This document shows positions 47,106 through 59,825 of a stretch of DNA of 64,000 bases, one piece after another (positions within the stretch are counted from its first letter, which is position 1; each line of letters opens with the position of its first letter). The position numbers and the translations under genes are program-made. The stretch lies in assembly GCF_035594765.1 (NCBI RefSeq), contig NC_085841.1, forward strand, positions 344,481,402-344,545,401, given 5' to 3'. The notes below the pieces were generated by a model. It ran no database searches. It saw nothing but the letters and a program-made list of their open reading frames with translations, and was not told the origin of the DNA. The DNA comes from Anolis carolinensis (taxonomy: Eukaryota).

Positions 47106-48074
47106 ATATCAGCTATCAATCACTCCAACACCACCCACTACTCGATCATACTCTCCTACTGTCAATGATTCTTTAGCTCATTCTCCTGGTGCAGTAAAGT
47201 AGTACAGCTGAGTATAGACTGAAGGGATGTGACTCTACTATTTAAGCTACTTTGATATGGAAGATGCCATCAAAGATACTCATTCTTGCCATTTCAGGTG
47301 AGAGGTGTTCCAGGCATTTACCAGCCCCAGTTACAAGGTGTTAGCAAGCACCCATTGCTTTTTTCTACTGGGCAAGCCAAGTGTAGGCAGCAGTCATAGA
47401 GGAACTTAGTATGAGGAGTCATTGGCCCATCCTGGAAAGTGATGTAGAAGAAGCCTGCATTAGGTTTGGCAAGCATGGCAGATTGAAATCCTTATTCAAT
47501 TACTAAGTTTATGGAAACAGGGCCAGATCTTGAGCCAGTTGACATCATTCAGTCTTTCCCATACAAAAATAAATAAGTAAGTATCCAAAAAGGGTCATAA
47601 AATAAATAATAATGAATCTGTCTCTTTGAGTCCCACATTAGGATTAAAATGGGATAGAAATAAAATAAATCAATAAAGGTGATGCGCTTATTGTGAGTTT
47701 TAACTAGAGCAGAACCATTTAATCAATGTACTTACTCATTATACAACTACTAGTTTAGTAAATCTACTCCAGTTGGGACTAACCATAGAATCTAAATGAT
47801 ATATGGCATTTGACCTTACATGGTGGTTATTATAGAGGCAAGGTATGGTAGATCTCCAGCAAAAGAACTATGTGTTGTGAGTCAGGGCACCAAGAAGGAG
47901 CAGAAAAACATGGATTTTGTACCAATCAAGCACATCCTTATGGGTTGCTTATCTTAGCTTCTATAGTCCTGTTTATAGGGAACATCAATAGAAAATAAAG
48001 ATTGCTCTCTGAATTCTCAATTTTGTCCTTGTTTTGTTGATGTGTACACAATAAAAGCATCATAACAACAACCC

Positions 48075-48197
48075 TTTCACCTTCTCTGCCAAAGAGTAAT
48101 GATGCTTCACCAAACTAAAGTCCCAGGTTTTCATAGCGCTGAACCATGACCGCTAACGTAGTGTCAAACTGCATTGATTCTACAATATAGATGCATT
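48075..48197. mobile_element. Harbinger-type MITE fragment
   Basis: ccttctctgccaaagag...gtgtcaaactgcattgattctacaatatagatgca. Confidence 0.65.
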
Positions 48198-48399
48198 CTC
48201 AGTCAGGTACAGACCTTTTCATCTGTGTCCAGTATTCATTAAAAAGAAGAAGAACACATCTACACATATATGAATGCAAAATAGTTAACACCTTAACACT
48301 AAGGACAGTAGTAATGGACAGTTGGTTTTCAGTTTTGGATCCAAGATCCCAAGCAGCTCAATTTAGGCTGCATTCAGTTGCTCCTGAAGCATCACACAA

Positions 48400-48785
48400 T
48401 GCTCTGAGACATCTTACCATTACATTTCTGTGGCAACACGACCATTGTATATTGAAAAATTTCAATTCCAAATGGGGATGACGAGCATCCTCTTGCCAGC
48501 CGCTGTTATAATCTGACTGATCCACAGGATGCCAACACTTGACAGAGAGAGGCTCTCCATTCCCCTGTTTCTTGCCAAAAAACACTGAGAGTAGTGACAA
48601 CCAAGCTCTCTCAACATGTGACATCTGTCAACTCCCTGGATGCCTTGCATTTGGGCTTCAGACCAGAGCACAGCTTGGAGATAGACCTAGTAGCACTAAA
48701 AGATGACCTCCTCTTGGCAGTTCGAAAAAAAGTGATATTGCAAGCATCAATACAACTCGATTTCTTATCTCTGGGTTTTAATTAA
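48400..48785 (+). mobile_element. Old L2 reverse-transcriptase fragment
   Basis: LDALHLGFRPEHSLEIDLVALKDDLLLA resembles L2 LDPxQSGFRPxHSTETALVxxxDDLLLA. Confidence 0.75.
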
Positions 48786-49384
48786 AACGGATAAAAAAAG
48801 AAATTTGGAAAACAGTGGGAGGGATGGAGACAGACAGACAGATGAATCCAGGCCTGTCCTGCGAACAAATTTAAACCAAAGTTTCCCGGTTTGGATATTC
48901 TACCCATTAGGTATATGGAAACATGAGATTGGGAACCCCATTGCAGCTCTATTTTTGAGGGAATGAAGGCATATGACTTTAATTTTGTTTCCTTCCCCAG
49001 CCATGCTCTAAATAGAACTTTTGTTCATACATCACAACTTGGTATCCCATTTTTTTTTCTGAAGTGAGGATAGATGTGCTATGAAAATGACGGCTTGCAT
49101 TTCACCTATTTTTTGTTATATTTTTCTTGTGGGAAAAACAAAAATAAACAAAGAAAAAACATATTGCAAAGAAAATGTGTGGGGAGCATTCAAAGAGGGA
49201 AGATAAAATTCTGCCTTGGCTCCTTCATCATATATAGTGATGAAAGTTTCATGTCTCTTTGTTGTTACTAGATGACTTCAAGTCAACATTGACTTATGGT
49301 GACATCTTTAATGAGAGACCTTCAAGTCAAGCTGTTGTCAATGGTCCTGTTTAAGTCTTGCAAACTCAGGGCTGTGGCTTCCTT

Positions 49385-49920
49385 ATTTATTTACCTCATT
49401 TATATCCTACCCTTCACACCCCGAAGAGGACTCAGGGTGGCTCACAACAAGGCACAATTGGATGCCAAACATACAATATAGAAAAAACAACAGCACATAC
49501 TTTAAAATCACATTAAATTGCTTTAAAACCATTATTTAAAAATCACACAGTCCAAGGTATATTTCTGTAGCCATTTTGGTTGTCAATTCCATTTTTCATT
49601 ATTGCACTGAGAAATCATTATTGCACTGGGAGTAATTGTCCAAAGGCTTGGTCCCGCACCCATGTTTTCACTTTCTTCCTGAGGGCCAGGAGGGAGGAGG
49701 CTGATCTAATTTCCCTGAGGAGGAAGTTCCATAGCCGGGGGACCACCACCTAGAAGGCCTTGTCTCTTGTCTCCACCAGTTGCACCTGTGAGGGGAGTGG
49801 GATCGAGAGCAGGTCCTCCTCAGATGATCCTAACCTGTTAGGTGGTTCATAGGAGATACGTTAAGATAGGTAAGCTGGGTCAGAAACATTTAGGGCTTTA
49901 TAGGCTAAGGACAGCACTTT
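49385..49920 (-). mobile_element. L2 LINE 3' fragment
   Basis: (ATTT) tail, stem-loop, ORF2 end. Confidence 0.85.
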
Positions 49921-50318
49921 ATTCATTTATTTATTTATTACATTATTTGTATCCCGCCCTTCTCACCCAATAGGGGACTCAGGGTGGCTTACAATAAAAG
50001 CACATATATAAAAATAATACAGTACATTTCAAATCAATTAAAATTAAATTATGTTAGACATTCATAAAAATACACAAATATACAATTGGCGCATTTCGAG
50101 TCTAAAAAACTGGGTCTGTCATTGAGTTCTAAAACACATAGTAGTAGTTGAGGCTGCTATGATTGTTCAAAGGCCTGGTCCCACAACCAGGTCTTAACTC
50201 TTCTACAGAAAGATAGGGGGGAGGGAGCCTGCCTGACTTCACTTGGGAGGGCATTCCATAGATGGGGAGCCACTACTGAAAAGGACCTGTCTCTCGTCCC
50301 CGCCAGCCGCACCTGTGA
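49921..50318 (-). mobile_element. L2 LINE 3' fragment
   Basis: RLAGTRDRSFSVVAPHLWNALPSEVRQAPS.LSF.RRVKTWL. Confidence 0.9.
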
Positions 50319-50427
50319 GGCTTCCTTGATTGAATCTGTCCCTCTATAATGTGGTCTTCCTCTTCTCTTACTGCCTTCTACCTTACCAAATGTTATTGTC
50401 TTTTCTAGTAGTTCATGCATTCTCATG

Positions 50428-50430
<3 letters not shown>

Positions 50431-50485
<55 letters not shown>

Positions 50486-50748
50486 TTTTCATTTATTACC
50501 AACCTCTACTTTCATCTTGAGGCGGGGCATAACATAATTTAGTACATCACAGTATGTGTAAAACACATACTAAAAATAGTTGAAATACAATCATAAAAGT
50601 ATATATTAAAACATACACATATTATATTAATATACTGTATATGAGACCATAGTTAAAACACATAAACATAGAATGTGATTTTAAAGTCATAGTTAAAATG
50701 GACTGAGAGTAGGCCTGTCAGAAGAGATAGGTCTTCAGCTGTTTTAAA
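50431..50748 (-). mobile_element. L2-like 3' fragment with a (TAA)n tail (50431-50484)
   Basis: gtaggcctgtcagaagagataggtcttcagctg ORF2 end. Confidence 0.65.
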
Positions 50749-50820
50749 TATGGTCAAAATACAAGAGTCTTGGCTTAGTCATTTTGGCATCTAGGGAGAG
50801 TTCAGGCTTAATTTGTTCTA

Positions 50821-51023
50821 AAGGTAAAGGTAAAGGTTTCTCCTAATGTTAAGTCCAGTCGTGTCTGACTCTGGGGGTTGGTGCTCATCTCCAGTTTTCT
50901 AAGTTGGCAGAAGCTGGAGCTAACAGTGGGCGCTCACTCCGCTCCCCGGGTTTGAATCTGGGACCTTTCGGTCTGCAAGCTCAGCAGCTCAGCGCTTTAA
51001 CACACTGAGCCACTGGAGGCTCC
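50821..51023 (-). mobile_element. Sauria SINE with an internal deletion
   Basis: Tail and head present, core missing; TSD ATTTGTTCTA/ATTTGCTCTA. Confidence 0.92.
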
Positions 51024-51149
51024 ATTTGCTCTAGGACCCATTTATTTATCTTTTCAGCAGTCTGCAGTACCTATAGTATTTTCCAGTATTACATCTCAAA
51101 TGAGTTGATTTAGCACGTTTCCACCTTTCTTGCCTGGTATAATATCCAC

Positions 51150-51331
51150 TTGTTACCTTCCCGCTGGAGTGATACCTATCTACTCACATTTTGCATGTTT
51201 TTGAATTGCTAGATTGGCAGAAGCTGGGGCTAACAGTGGGAGCTCACCCCACTCGCCAGATTCGAACTGCTGGCCTTTCGGTCAGCAAGTTCAGCAACTC
51301 AGCGGTTTTATCTGCTGCATCACTGGGGGTC
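51150..51331 (-). mobile_element. Sauria SINE 5' half
   Basis: gttaccttcccgctggag...ggtcagcaagttcagca. Confidence 0.85.
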
Positions 51332-51335
51332 TTGT

Positions 51336-51560
51336 GTATTTATTTATTTATTGTATTTCTATACCGCTTTTCTCACCCCTGGGGGACTCAAAGCGGTTTA
51401 CAACATGGTGAGTGGCACATTCAGAGCCTCACATATATAAAATATATCATATATCTAAAATAGCATATAATTGTGAATTAAAACCTTTTAAACTATAAAA
51501 CATTGATCATAGACATTGAAATAAGACAGTAAAGATTAAAAACATTAAAGATTAAACAAT
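51336..51560 (-). mobile_element. 3' end of an L2 or L2-dependent SINE
   Basis: (ATTT)n plus ccgctttttctcacccctgggggactcaaagcggtttaca. Confidence 0.75.
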
Positions 51561-51848
51561 TGCATTAATCTCGAGGTTATTATTTCACGACTTCATTGCT
51601 GCATGATCACAGTATCATGTTGTAAAGTAGGGCCTGTTTGAACTTGCACATTTAACTTCTGATGCAGGATAGAATTTGGGAATCAATGCACAAATGTCCC
51701 ATATTTTAACCCCTGCATAATTAGACCTCATGTTGCTTCTTCTGTATTTGGAATCAGTTAGTCCAGCTTCAACTCCTCCAAACTCATCTGGAAATATATA
51801 GAGACAAATGTGTCCCTGTGACTCTGCATGGAGCCAATACCTACTAAA

Positions 51849-52013
51849 CAGGCCTGAATCCCACCTCCTCCCAAAACGTTTCAGGTAAAAAAATACCTGG
51901 TTTACTCATGAAGTTTAACTGGTTAACTAATTCATGAGTAAACCAGTTTTTTAAAACCAGAAACGTTTAGGGGGGGGGGGGTGTTAACCCCCTCCCAAAT
52001 AGCTACAGGCCTG
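51849..52013. mobile_element. Palindromic hAT-type MITE
   Basis: CAGGCCTG ends, internal inverted repeat ctggtttactcatgaa/ttcatgagtaaaccag, TSD CTACTAAA/CTACTAAG. Confidence 0.85.
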
Positions 52014-52412
52014 CTACTAAGTCCCCTATACAGACAAATTTCAGTCAGTGGATTGACAAAGAAAAGAAACCAAATTTTTATTAAAGGCCTCTTCCAGTTA
52101 CATAATATTTCCAGAGGGGTTTTATTTCACAGTTCTCTCGGATATGGTTGCATTACATCATGCTTTTTCTGATCTTTCTAAGCTCTTTCTGATATCAACC
52201 TTCTCCCACTTAGCCCCCGAATTCTATCTAAACAATGTTTTTATATATTTCCCTTTCTTTTTTTATTTCCAGCCTCCCTTGGCCTTGATGGGTTGAACTG
52301 AGAAGAATGCCCTGTCCATCACATTCTAACTATATTTTTGCTGAAGATAAATCCCACTGTTTGGTGGGATTTAATCCTTCCCAAATAGGCTTAACATTTT
52401 TACCAGAGCACA

Positions 52413-52632
52413 GGGATCCTTCCACATGGCACAATTATAACCCTATGACTCCACTTTAACCCCCAAGCTGCATCCTATGGAATCCCAGCATTTGTAGTTT
52501 GGAGAGCTACTATAATTCTCTGAGAATTCTAAAAACCTTTTCTTATATTGCAAATCTCAGGGTTCCATAGGATGTTGCCATGGCAGCTAAAGTGGATTCA
52601 TAGTGCTATAATTTTGTAGTGTGCAAGAGCCC
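52413..52632. mobile_element. Harbinger-type palindromic MITE
   Basis: ccactttaac...catcctatggaa/ttccataggatg...taaagtgg. Confidence 0.7.
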
Positions 52633-53114
52633 CTGGACTATGTAAGAGTATAATGATAGGTGGGAAATGCAGTCTAGTCTTGACTTTAAACCAACTTTAT
52701 GCTATTTTCCTGATCCAAATGCCCCCCAAAGTAGGATGGTTGTTTATAAATCAACCCTCCCATAAATCAAAGAAAGAAGGAGTGAGCCAGCGAGAGAGGA
52801 GACATGTATTAGAAACAGATGCATTTTGCATAGGATTGCATACTACAATTTGTAGGTAAAATTGCAACATTAGAAACATTTTCAACAGAATTGCCAAACA
52901 CTTCATGAGTATGGATAAGACAATGTCCAGGTGATTGTTTGCCTGCTGAGCTTTTGTTGTTTGGCAACTTTCTGCTCCCTGTTACTAGTTCTTGAAATCA
53001 ACTTAGAGCAGGACAATAATCTCATGACTTGACTGGAGTATGCTGGTAATTACAGCAGAATGTGTAGCTCCAAGATCTAGGACACAGGCATATTTATTAC
53101 CTCCTACTATGTAA

Positions 53115-53934
53115 AGCCGCTTCCACAAAGCTGTATAAAATCCACATTGAACTGGATTATATGGCAGCGTGGAATCAGATAAGCCAGTTCAAAGCAGATA
53201 TTGTGGATTATTTGCATTGATATTCTGGTTTATATTGCTGTGTGGAAGGGTCCTAGGTGATTCTTTGGCTAATAATGCAAAGTTTTCCCCAGTTCAAAAG
53301 CTGCTTCACCAGCCAAGGATGAGACAGATGATTTATATGCAATTTTCCTAGAAATGATCACAGAGGAGACTCAGAACATGTGTGGCCATGTGAGAGATCT
53401 ACAGCACATAGCACCCACATATGTTCTCCAATATGGATTTAAGCCCAGCCTGATCAAACATGATGGGCTTACAACAGTCAAGCAACATCAGAATATGGCC
53501 AAGATCGTAATTGTTAATGTCCCTCTCGTCTTCTCCCCCATTGAGGGCCCTTCCACACAGCCATATAATCCACAATATTAAGCTAGAGAATCTACAATAT
53601 CTGCTTTGAACTGGGTTATCTGAGTCCACACTGCCATATAATCCAGTTGAATATGGATTTTATACAGTTGTGTCGAAGGGGCCTGAGTTATATGAGTGCA
53701 AACTGATTTGTACTTTGAATCCAGTTTGCATCAATGGAAAAAAAAATCTGAGGACAAAGTAAAAAGTGGGAAGAAGAAAATGGGGGTCCTTCCAGACATG
53801 CCCTATATCCCAGGATCTGATCCCAGGTTTTCTGTTCATCCCAGATTATCTGGCAATGCAGACTCATATAATCCAGTTTAAAGCAGAAAACCTAGTATCA
53901 GATTCTGGGATGTAGGGCCTATTTGGAAGGGCTC
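53115..53934. mobile_element. Three Harbinger-type MITEs (53115-53253, 53545-53683, about 53784-53934)
   Basis: TIRs ggcccttccacacagc and cttccagaca; TSD TGA around 53545-53683. Confidence 0.85.
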
Positions 53935-55084
53935 TGAAACTGGAACATTTAAAAAGTAATGAGAAATAGGATTAATCAGGGCTGTCCCTGCCAAACCTTG
54001 AAGAGTTTTCTTGAGCCATAAAAAGGTAGGCGAGTCGGGTTGGATGGGAGACATATCATAGCTATTTATTTTAGCTGCATCTCCTGATCCAAGATTTCAG
54101 CCTATGTTTTAAGACTTGCAAAGGAGTATGTGCATTCCCACACCTCCATATATTTGTTTAAAATGTGTATACGTTTAATGCATTTTGAAACCGTTTCCCC
54201 CCACATATGCTCATGCACATTTTTCAATTGTTTGTATATGATTTTTATGTATTCTTTACAAAGTGAAGATTTTAGAGGCAACATGTGCTTTGTCTGGCAA
54301 TGAATCACAGAAAGTGGGAAATGTATACTTCTGTTGAATTTGACTGGATTCAAAGTAATTTTCCCCCTCATCCCAGGCCGGATAAAGAGACACTCACTTA
54401 TATGTGAGTGTCCCTTTATTGAACTAGAGTGAAGAGTCCACTGCTGTTTGTCCTGAGATATGGTAGTGTTGAGAATTAATGCTGCCTTCCTTCAAGTGAC
54501 AACTTCTTGACCTTAAGTAAATGGAACTTGGATGTATGGAAAGTTGACAACCGCCAACTTTTGCAGCCAAATCTAGCCTACGACATGCAGGCGGCAGATT
54601 GATAAAATATGGTTGCTGTGGGAACAATAGCTCTTGAATTTCTTGACATGTATCCAATGAAAAGTCTTAACATTAATGTTGCATTAGCATAATAGTTGGT
54701 GCGGAGGCTTTGGGCTTTTTTTTTCTTTTACATTTAATTAAAAAGGATGATAGAGTGGAATCTGTTAAGGAATTTTAAGCCAATATTTCAACTCATTTTG
54801 CCAGCGTGAAAGATGTGTGTGAGAGATTCTTACTCCTGCTATATGCAAAAGAACCACCCTTCCAATGTGCAAGGTTAAAGAAGCATTGTTTTAGCTATGG
54901 ATGGAATAATCTATCAGTTGTATTAGCTTTTCATGTGTGTTTGATTCTTTCCAAAAGTTCAGAGGGTTTCTTTCCTTCTCAAATATGAACTTGGCAAATT
55001 TGATATAGTCTTCAAAACCAACTAAAGTGGTATTCCTCATTTTCACCAAACAAATTCAGGAAGGATAGCTACTTAGAAGAGCCA

Positions 55085-55433
55085 TTGCAGTTTGAGTGTT
55101 GCACTAAGGCTTCTTCCACACAACTGTATAAAATCTACATTGAGCTGGATTATGTGGCAGTGTGGTTTCAGATAATCCACTTCAAAGCAGATACTGCGGG
55201 TTATCTGCCTTGATATTCTGGGTTATATGGCTGTGTGGAAGGGTCCTAAGAGACCATGGTTCCAATCCTCATTTGGTCATTGGATCTTGTTTGCTAACCT
55301 TGAGAAAGTCACACTTCCTTAGCCTCAGAGGAAGGCAAAGAGAAACCTTCTCTGAACAAATCTTTCCAAGAAACTGATTTATGGTGATAGGTTCACTGTA
55401 AATCAGTAGTAACTTGAAGGCTGATGACAACAA
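55085..55433 (+). mobile_element. (CAA)n-tailed SINE split by a Harbinger MITE (55108-55246, TSD TAA)
   Basis: SINE head resumes after the MITE at gagaccatggttccaatcc. Confidence 0.8.
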
Positions 55434-55500
55434 CTAAATCATCATCATCATCATCATCAACAACAACAACAATAGTGTTTCCAACAAGGAGAGAACTGTA

Positions 55501-55712
55501 TGTTGTTGTTATGTGCCCTCAAGTGAAATCTTACTCATACTAATCCTAGGCTAGAGCTTTCTTGGCATGATTCATTCTGGGGGATGTTTACATTGCTTTT
55601 CTTTGAGGCTGAGAGAGTGTGACTTGCCCAAGAACACCAAAAGCTGAGTTGGGATTTGAGTCCTGGTATCTCAGAGTCCTAGCTCAATACTCATAACATT
55701 ACATTACACTGA
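55501..55712 (-). mobile_element. (CAA)n-tailed SINE
   Basis: tgttgttgttatgtgccctcaagt...gaggctgagagagtgtgacttgcccaag. Confidence 0.75.
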
Positions 55713-57395
55713 TGCACAATGTATAACTGTTCACTTTATAAATGTTACAGCTGTTAACCCTCACAGGAAAATGGAATTACAATTTTAACTTAGTTGTGAT
55801 CATTGTTGAATATGTAAGGATTCAAATGTAGATTTATAAAGGATAATCACGGAGGGCCCTGGGTGTGGACAGACAAATGAGTCAGTGTTAGTCTTTTCCA
55901 CATTCATTTTAAAACCAAAATCTCACTCCTATTCAAAAGTCCAGTTTCAGGACTTTGATCGTCATGGAATCCTGCAACTTGAAGTTTGGTAAGATATTAG
56001 AGCTCTCTGGCAGAGAATTCTAAATCTCTCACAAAACTATAAATCCCAGGGTTTAATAGGATAAAGACATGGCTGGGACATCAACATTTAGTGTGAAATA
56101 AATTATAGATGCATTTATCATATCTGATTCTAATAACCTTTTCCTGTTATACTGTCTACAAATGCTGGAGAACAACTTTCTTTTTAAAAGAGGATTGAAA
56201 GTGGTATGAGAAAAGGGATCACACACATGCAAAGAACGATTTAAAATTGATTAAATGCAAAGCTGAGAAACGTCTCCAGGTTCAAGGCAGTGGGAGTGGC
56301 TGGATGCTTTGGTTCAGTGAAGTTGCAAATCCATTCCAATGGATTAGTCTGATTTTTTTGATTTTTTTTTTTTTTTACAAAATAAGCTCAACACTTTGGA
56401 CAGCTCATTTAAAATTCAGACTAAAATCGAGAGTAGATTCATTGCTCCTCAGACATCCAATATGTATTTTTTTAATCTAATACAGAAGCATAACCTGGAC
56501 CTAAAGAGTTACAACATCTCTATCCTTCAGGTGTCATAGATGTGCCATAATGGCCATGCTTAACTATTTTCATTTCCTGTTTCTCAATGAGTACTGAAAT
56601 GTTCTGGCTTCTCCTTCCCAAGCACCGTGTTTCTTGCTTTATTGTTAAACCTCATTATGTGGGGCTTTTTGTCCACATAGGATGCTGCTGAGACACAGTC
56701 AGGGCTGAGCCTGCCGGGGCCCATCACATGACATAGGGCTTCTTCTGGTGGGGCTCTAGCCCATCTCGGCAGCATGCTAAGAGTCAGCCCTGAGTACATG
56801 GGTGACTATCCATGTTCTCATTGAGTAAGCTGGGGACAGTGCGGGATCAAGCTGGGCACAGATGGGAAACTGCATGGGATGGATACAAAGGCAATGTAGG
56901 GCAATCCCTGACAGTTTCCCCTTCCACCTGGTAGATTTTCCGGCTGTCCCCTGGCTTAAGGACCTCCATGGGATGATATCTGTTATTCATCATTGCAAAA
57001 TTACATGAAGCCACTCTGCTTCTACATCCTCCTTATCCCAGGAGAAGGAGAGATGGATGTGGAACATGGTAATGGCATCTGTAAGAAACTGCATTGCCGC
57101 TGCTTCATTTTCCCATATTCATAGCCTAACAGTTTCCTGCAAGTGCTATGGAACAGATGAAGCCACATTTTGTTTCTTTCCCTCTAAGTAAAATACCTTG
57201 CAGAACTTGGGAAAGTTCTTTTGATGATATCTGTATGCTGGCTGGGGCATTCTTCGAACTGTAGTCAGGAAATGATCTTTCCAGATTGAGAGTTAGGCTT
57301 TTGGCCTCTAACACCAACTCTGACCATACAATATGTGAAACATTGCTTCAGATGGCACACATATTATTATCATTTTTTTTCTACTGTCACCTAGA

Positions 57396-57559
57396 CACTG
57401 GTGTGGTGTAATGGACTACACCTCTGGAGCCGGGGGTTTGAATTCCTATTGAACCATGAAACCTATGGGGTGATCTTGGACAATGGCAAAGGTCTTCAGA
57501 ACAAAACCTTGTGATTGGTTCACCTTAGAAAATGATCTGAAGACACACAACAACAACAG
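57396..57559 (+). mobile_element. (CAA)n-tailed SINE, deleted copy
   Basis: ggtgtaatggactacacctctggag...tgaagacacacaacaacaac. Confidence 0.7.
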
Positions 57560-58523
57560 CCACCTCTGGCCAAACAAGTAGCATAGGTTTTTAAAGCAGT
57601 AAAAAAAACCCCGCTAAAGCTTATTTTCAGGTTGTTCCAGTACTGAAAATGAACCAAATGTTGACTCTTGTACAATGTCTTTCAGACCCTCCTGTATTTT
57701 CTGAACAAACTGAGGCTTGTCTCTCCAGCCAGAGTTGATTGCAAATGGCTTGGTGGGTATTATACGCATTTATTCCTTGTTTGGGCCTCGCAGTTTGTCG
57801 GGGGCACCGTTCCAATGCAAGTGCTAATTTGATTTTCTCTCTCTCTTTTAAAAAAAGGTTGAAGCAAAAGGTGTATACAATTGATAGGTGTTTCACCCCA
57901 AAGTGTTTTATTTTTCTCCCCCCGAGGCACTAAGTGTTAAGAGCTCCCTCTCCTTTTAATGTTCTCTCAGTTAAGTTCAGCTCTCAGACAAACAGACATA
58001 TGGACTGTGCTAAAGTTAGGTGCTGCAGATAGGAGAAAGATGTTCATATGGCAACCGTGTTATTTAGCCTTCTCTCATAACAGAATACCATACTGTTAAA
58101 ATTGTCTATTTTTATGTAATTTCTTCCACTTTATATTGAGATATAAAATTATTAGTCTGAGGTTGGCTCGCATCATCAGAGCTTTTGAATGTTGGCAGCA
58201 TCCCTACAGTCTGTTGCAAGCACTATTTGCCAGGGAAGTCGCCTCATCGCGAGCAAAAAATAGGCCTTCCTGACGAACCCTGCTGTGCCACCAACACAGT
58301 GCTGTGAGGCCGGATTTAATCCTTTGGCCTCAAGAAAGTTTGAAAGCGCTCCTCAGGCAGTAGTTGTGCCCTTGGTAAGCCAGTGACTGGTAATACAAAA
58401 TTCAACAGTCTGCCAGTATCCAAAAGTTCAAAAGGGGACTTTGTAAGGTTTACATATTAGCAATTTTTGCCTCCTCTCCCCTCTTTATATTGTGTGTGAT
58501 ATTCATATCCATATATCATTTTA

Positions 58524-58747
58524 TAGTGGGCCCCTGGGAACCACTAGAGTTTGATTCTGGAACCCACCATGGATACCAATATCTGTGAATGCTCAAGTTT
58601 CATTATACACAATGGTGTAGCAAAATGCTTTTCTTTATACAAAAATGCAAAGGGCAGCGTTAATATTTGGATTTTTTCCCAAATATTTTTGAACAGTGGT
58701 TGGTTGAATACATAGATGAAGACCCCATGGATAAAAAGGGCTGACTG
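58524..58747. mobile_element. Tigger/MER2-like MITE
   Basis: TA-flanked; ccatggataccaatatctgtgaatgctcaag...gggctgactg. Confidence 0.7.
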
Positions 58748-59270
58748 TACTTTATACCCATATAACATTTTAGTTAGGATAGAGATGTAACAGGTGTGGT
58801 TTTTCATCTTTATATCCTTAGATGGAGGAATTGACAGCCCTCTGCTGTTTGTCAGCTAATATGGATTCTGTTTCGGGCCTTATTATCACTTTCTGGACAC
58901 AAATCATCTATCTTGTAAAGGTAGTAAAATCAGACAGGCAGAGTTAACATCAGCACTCCATAGGCATTCTTAAGTCTTGGAATCTCAGAATATATGTTAC
59001 AGTCAGCCCTCCATATTCAGTGTAAAAGTGGGGGGAAAGAATTTTATATTGTAATTTTTTTATCTGAGACAATGCCTACTTTTTACTTGCGATAATACCC
59101 TTCTGTCTCTAAGGACATTATTATATGAAGCTCCTAAAACAGGCTCTGTCATCACAAACCTGTCTCTCTCTCGAGACTGGAATATGCCTGCCTGATCCCT
59201 CTGCTTCTGCCTAGCTGCTGTGAGTCTCCCTTAGGAAAGGAAAGTAAGATATAAGAACAACCATAGTAAT

Positions 59271-59271
<1 letters not shown>

Positions 59272-59341
<70 letters not shown>
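59272..59341. repeat. Compound (ATC)n(AAC)n microsatellite
   Basis: Directly visible. Confidence 0.97.
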
Positions 59342-59683
59342 TGATCACACCAAGCTTAGTGAAAAGACTTTGAGAAAGCTCAAAGTGCATTGATTTTACT
59401 ACAGTTGCAGGGTCGTAATTCCTCCCAACCCATGGTTCATATGCTCTCCCTCTTTTCTTTGCAAGAATTGTAGAGATTTGAGAGTTGAGAGGTTTGGAGC
59501 TATGGTCCTCTGTACTTCTGACTTTTCAAAGTACTGAAGCACCATCCATACGAACACTTAAAATAATAATTAAAAATAAACGAGCATTTTGCAATGAAAA
59601 CACTTTTCCTATTGTGTACATTTTACCTTGAAAAGCTTTTGTAATGAGGCAAAACCATTGATTCATGTTGTAGTCTCTAGAGA

Positions 59684-59825
59684 AGCAGAAACCAAGATTG
59701 ATCCACCTTCTACATGATGTCCTTTCAGATATTTAAAAATAGCTTAGCTATCATTTCACCTCTTTTCCAAGTTAAGCATACTCAACTCCCTACGTCATTC
59801 ATCATACGATTCTCTTTTCAGGCAT
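59684..59825 (-). mobile_element. Old CR1 fragment
   Basis: cctttcagatatttaaaaata...ttccaagttaagcatactcaactccct. Confidence 0.5.

Larger units (their letters stand above)
49260..51110 (-). mobile_element. Old RTE-clade LINE broken by four insertions
   Basis: Pieces at 49260-49384, 50319-50430 (IMR..LEK.I.FGKVEG.RRGRP), 50748-50820 and 51024-51110. Confidence 0.75.

Noticed and set aside
56716-56982. Inverted repeats as a structured ncRNA
   Set aside because: The ends resemble degenerate Harbinger TIRs (ggggcccatcacatg), so it is probably an old MITE, too decayed to call.
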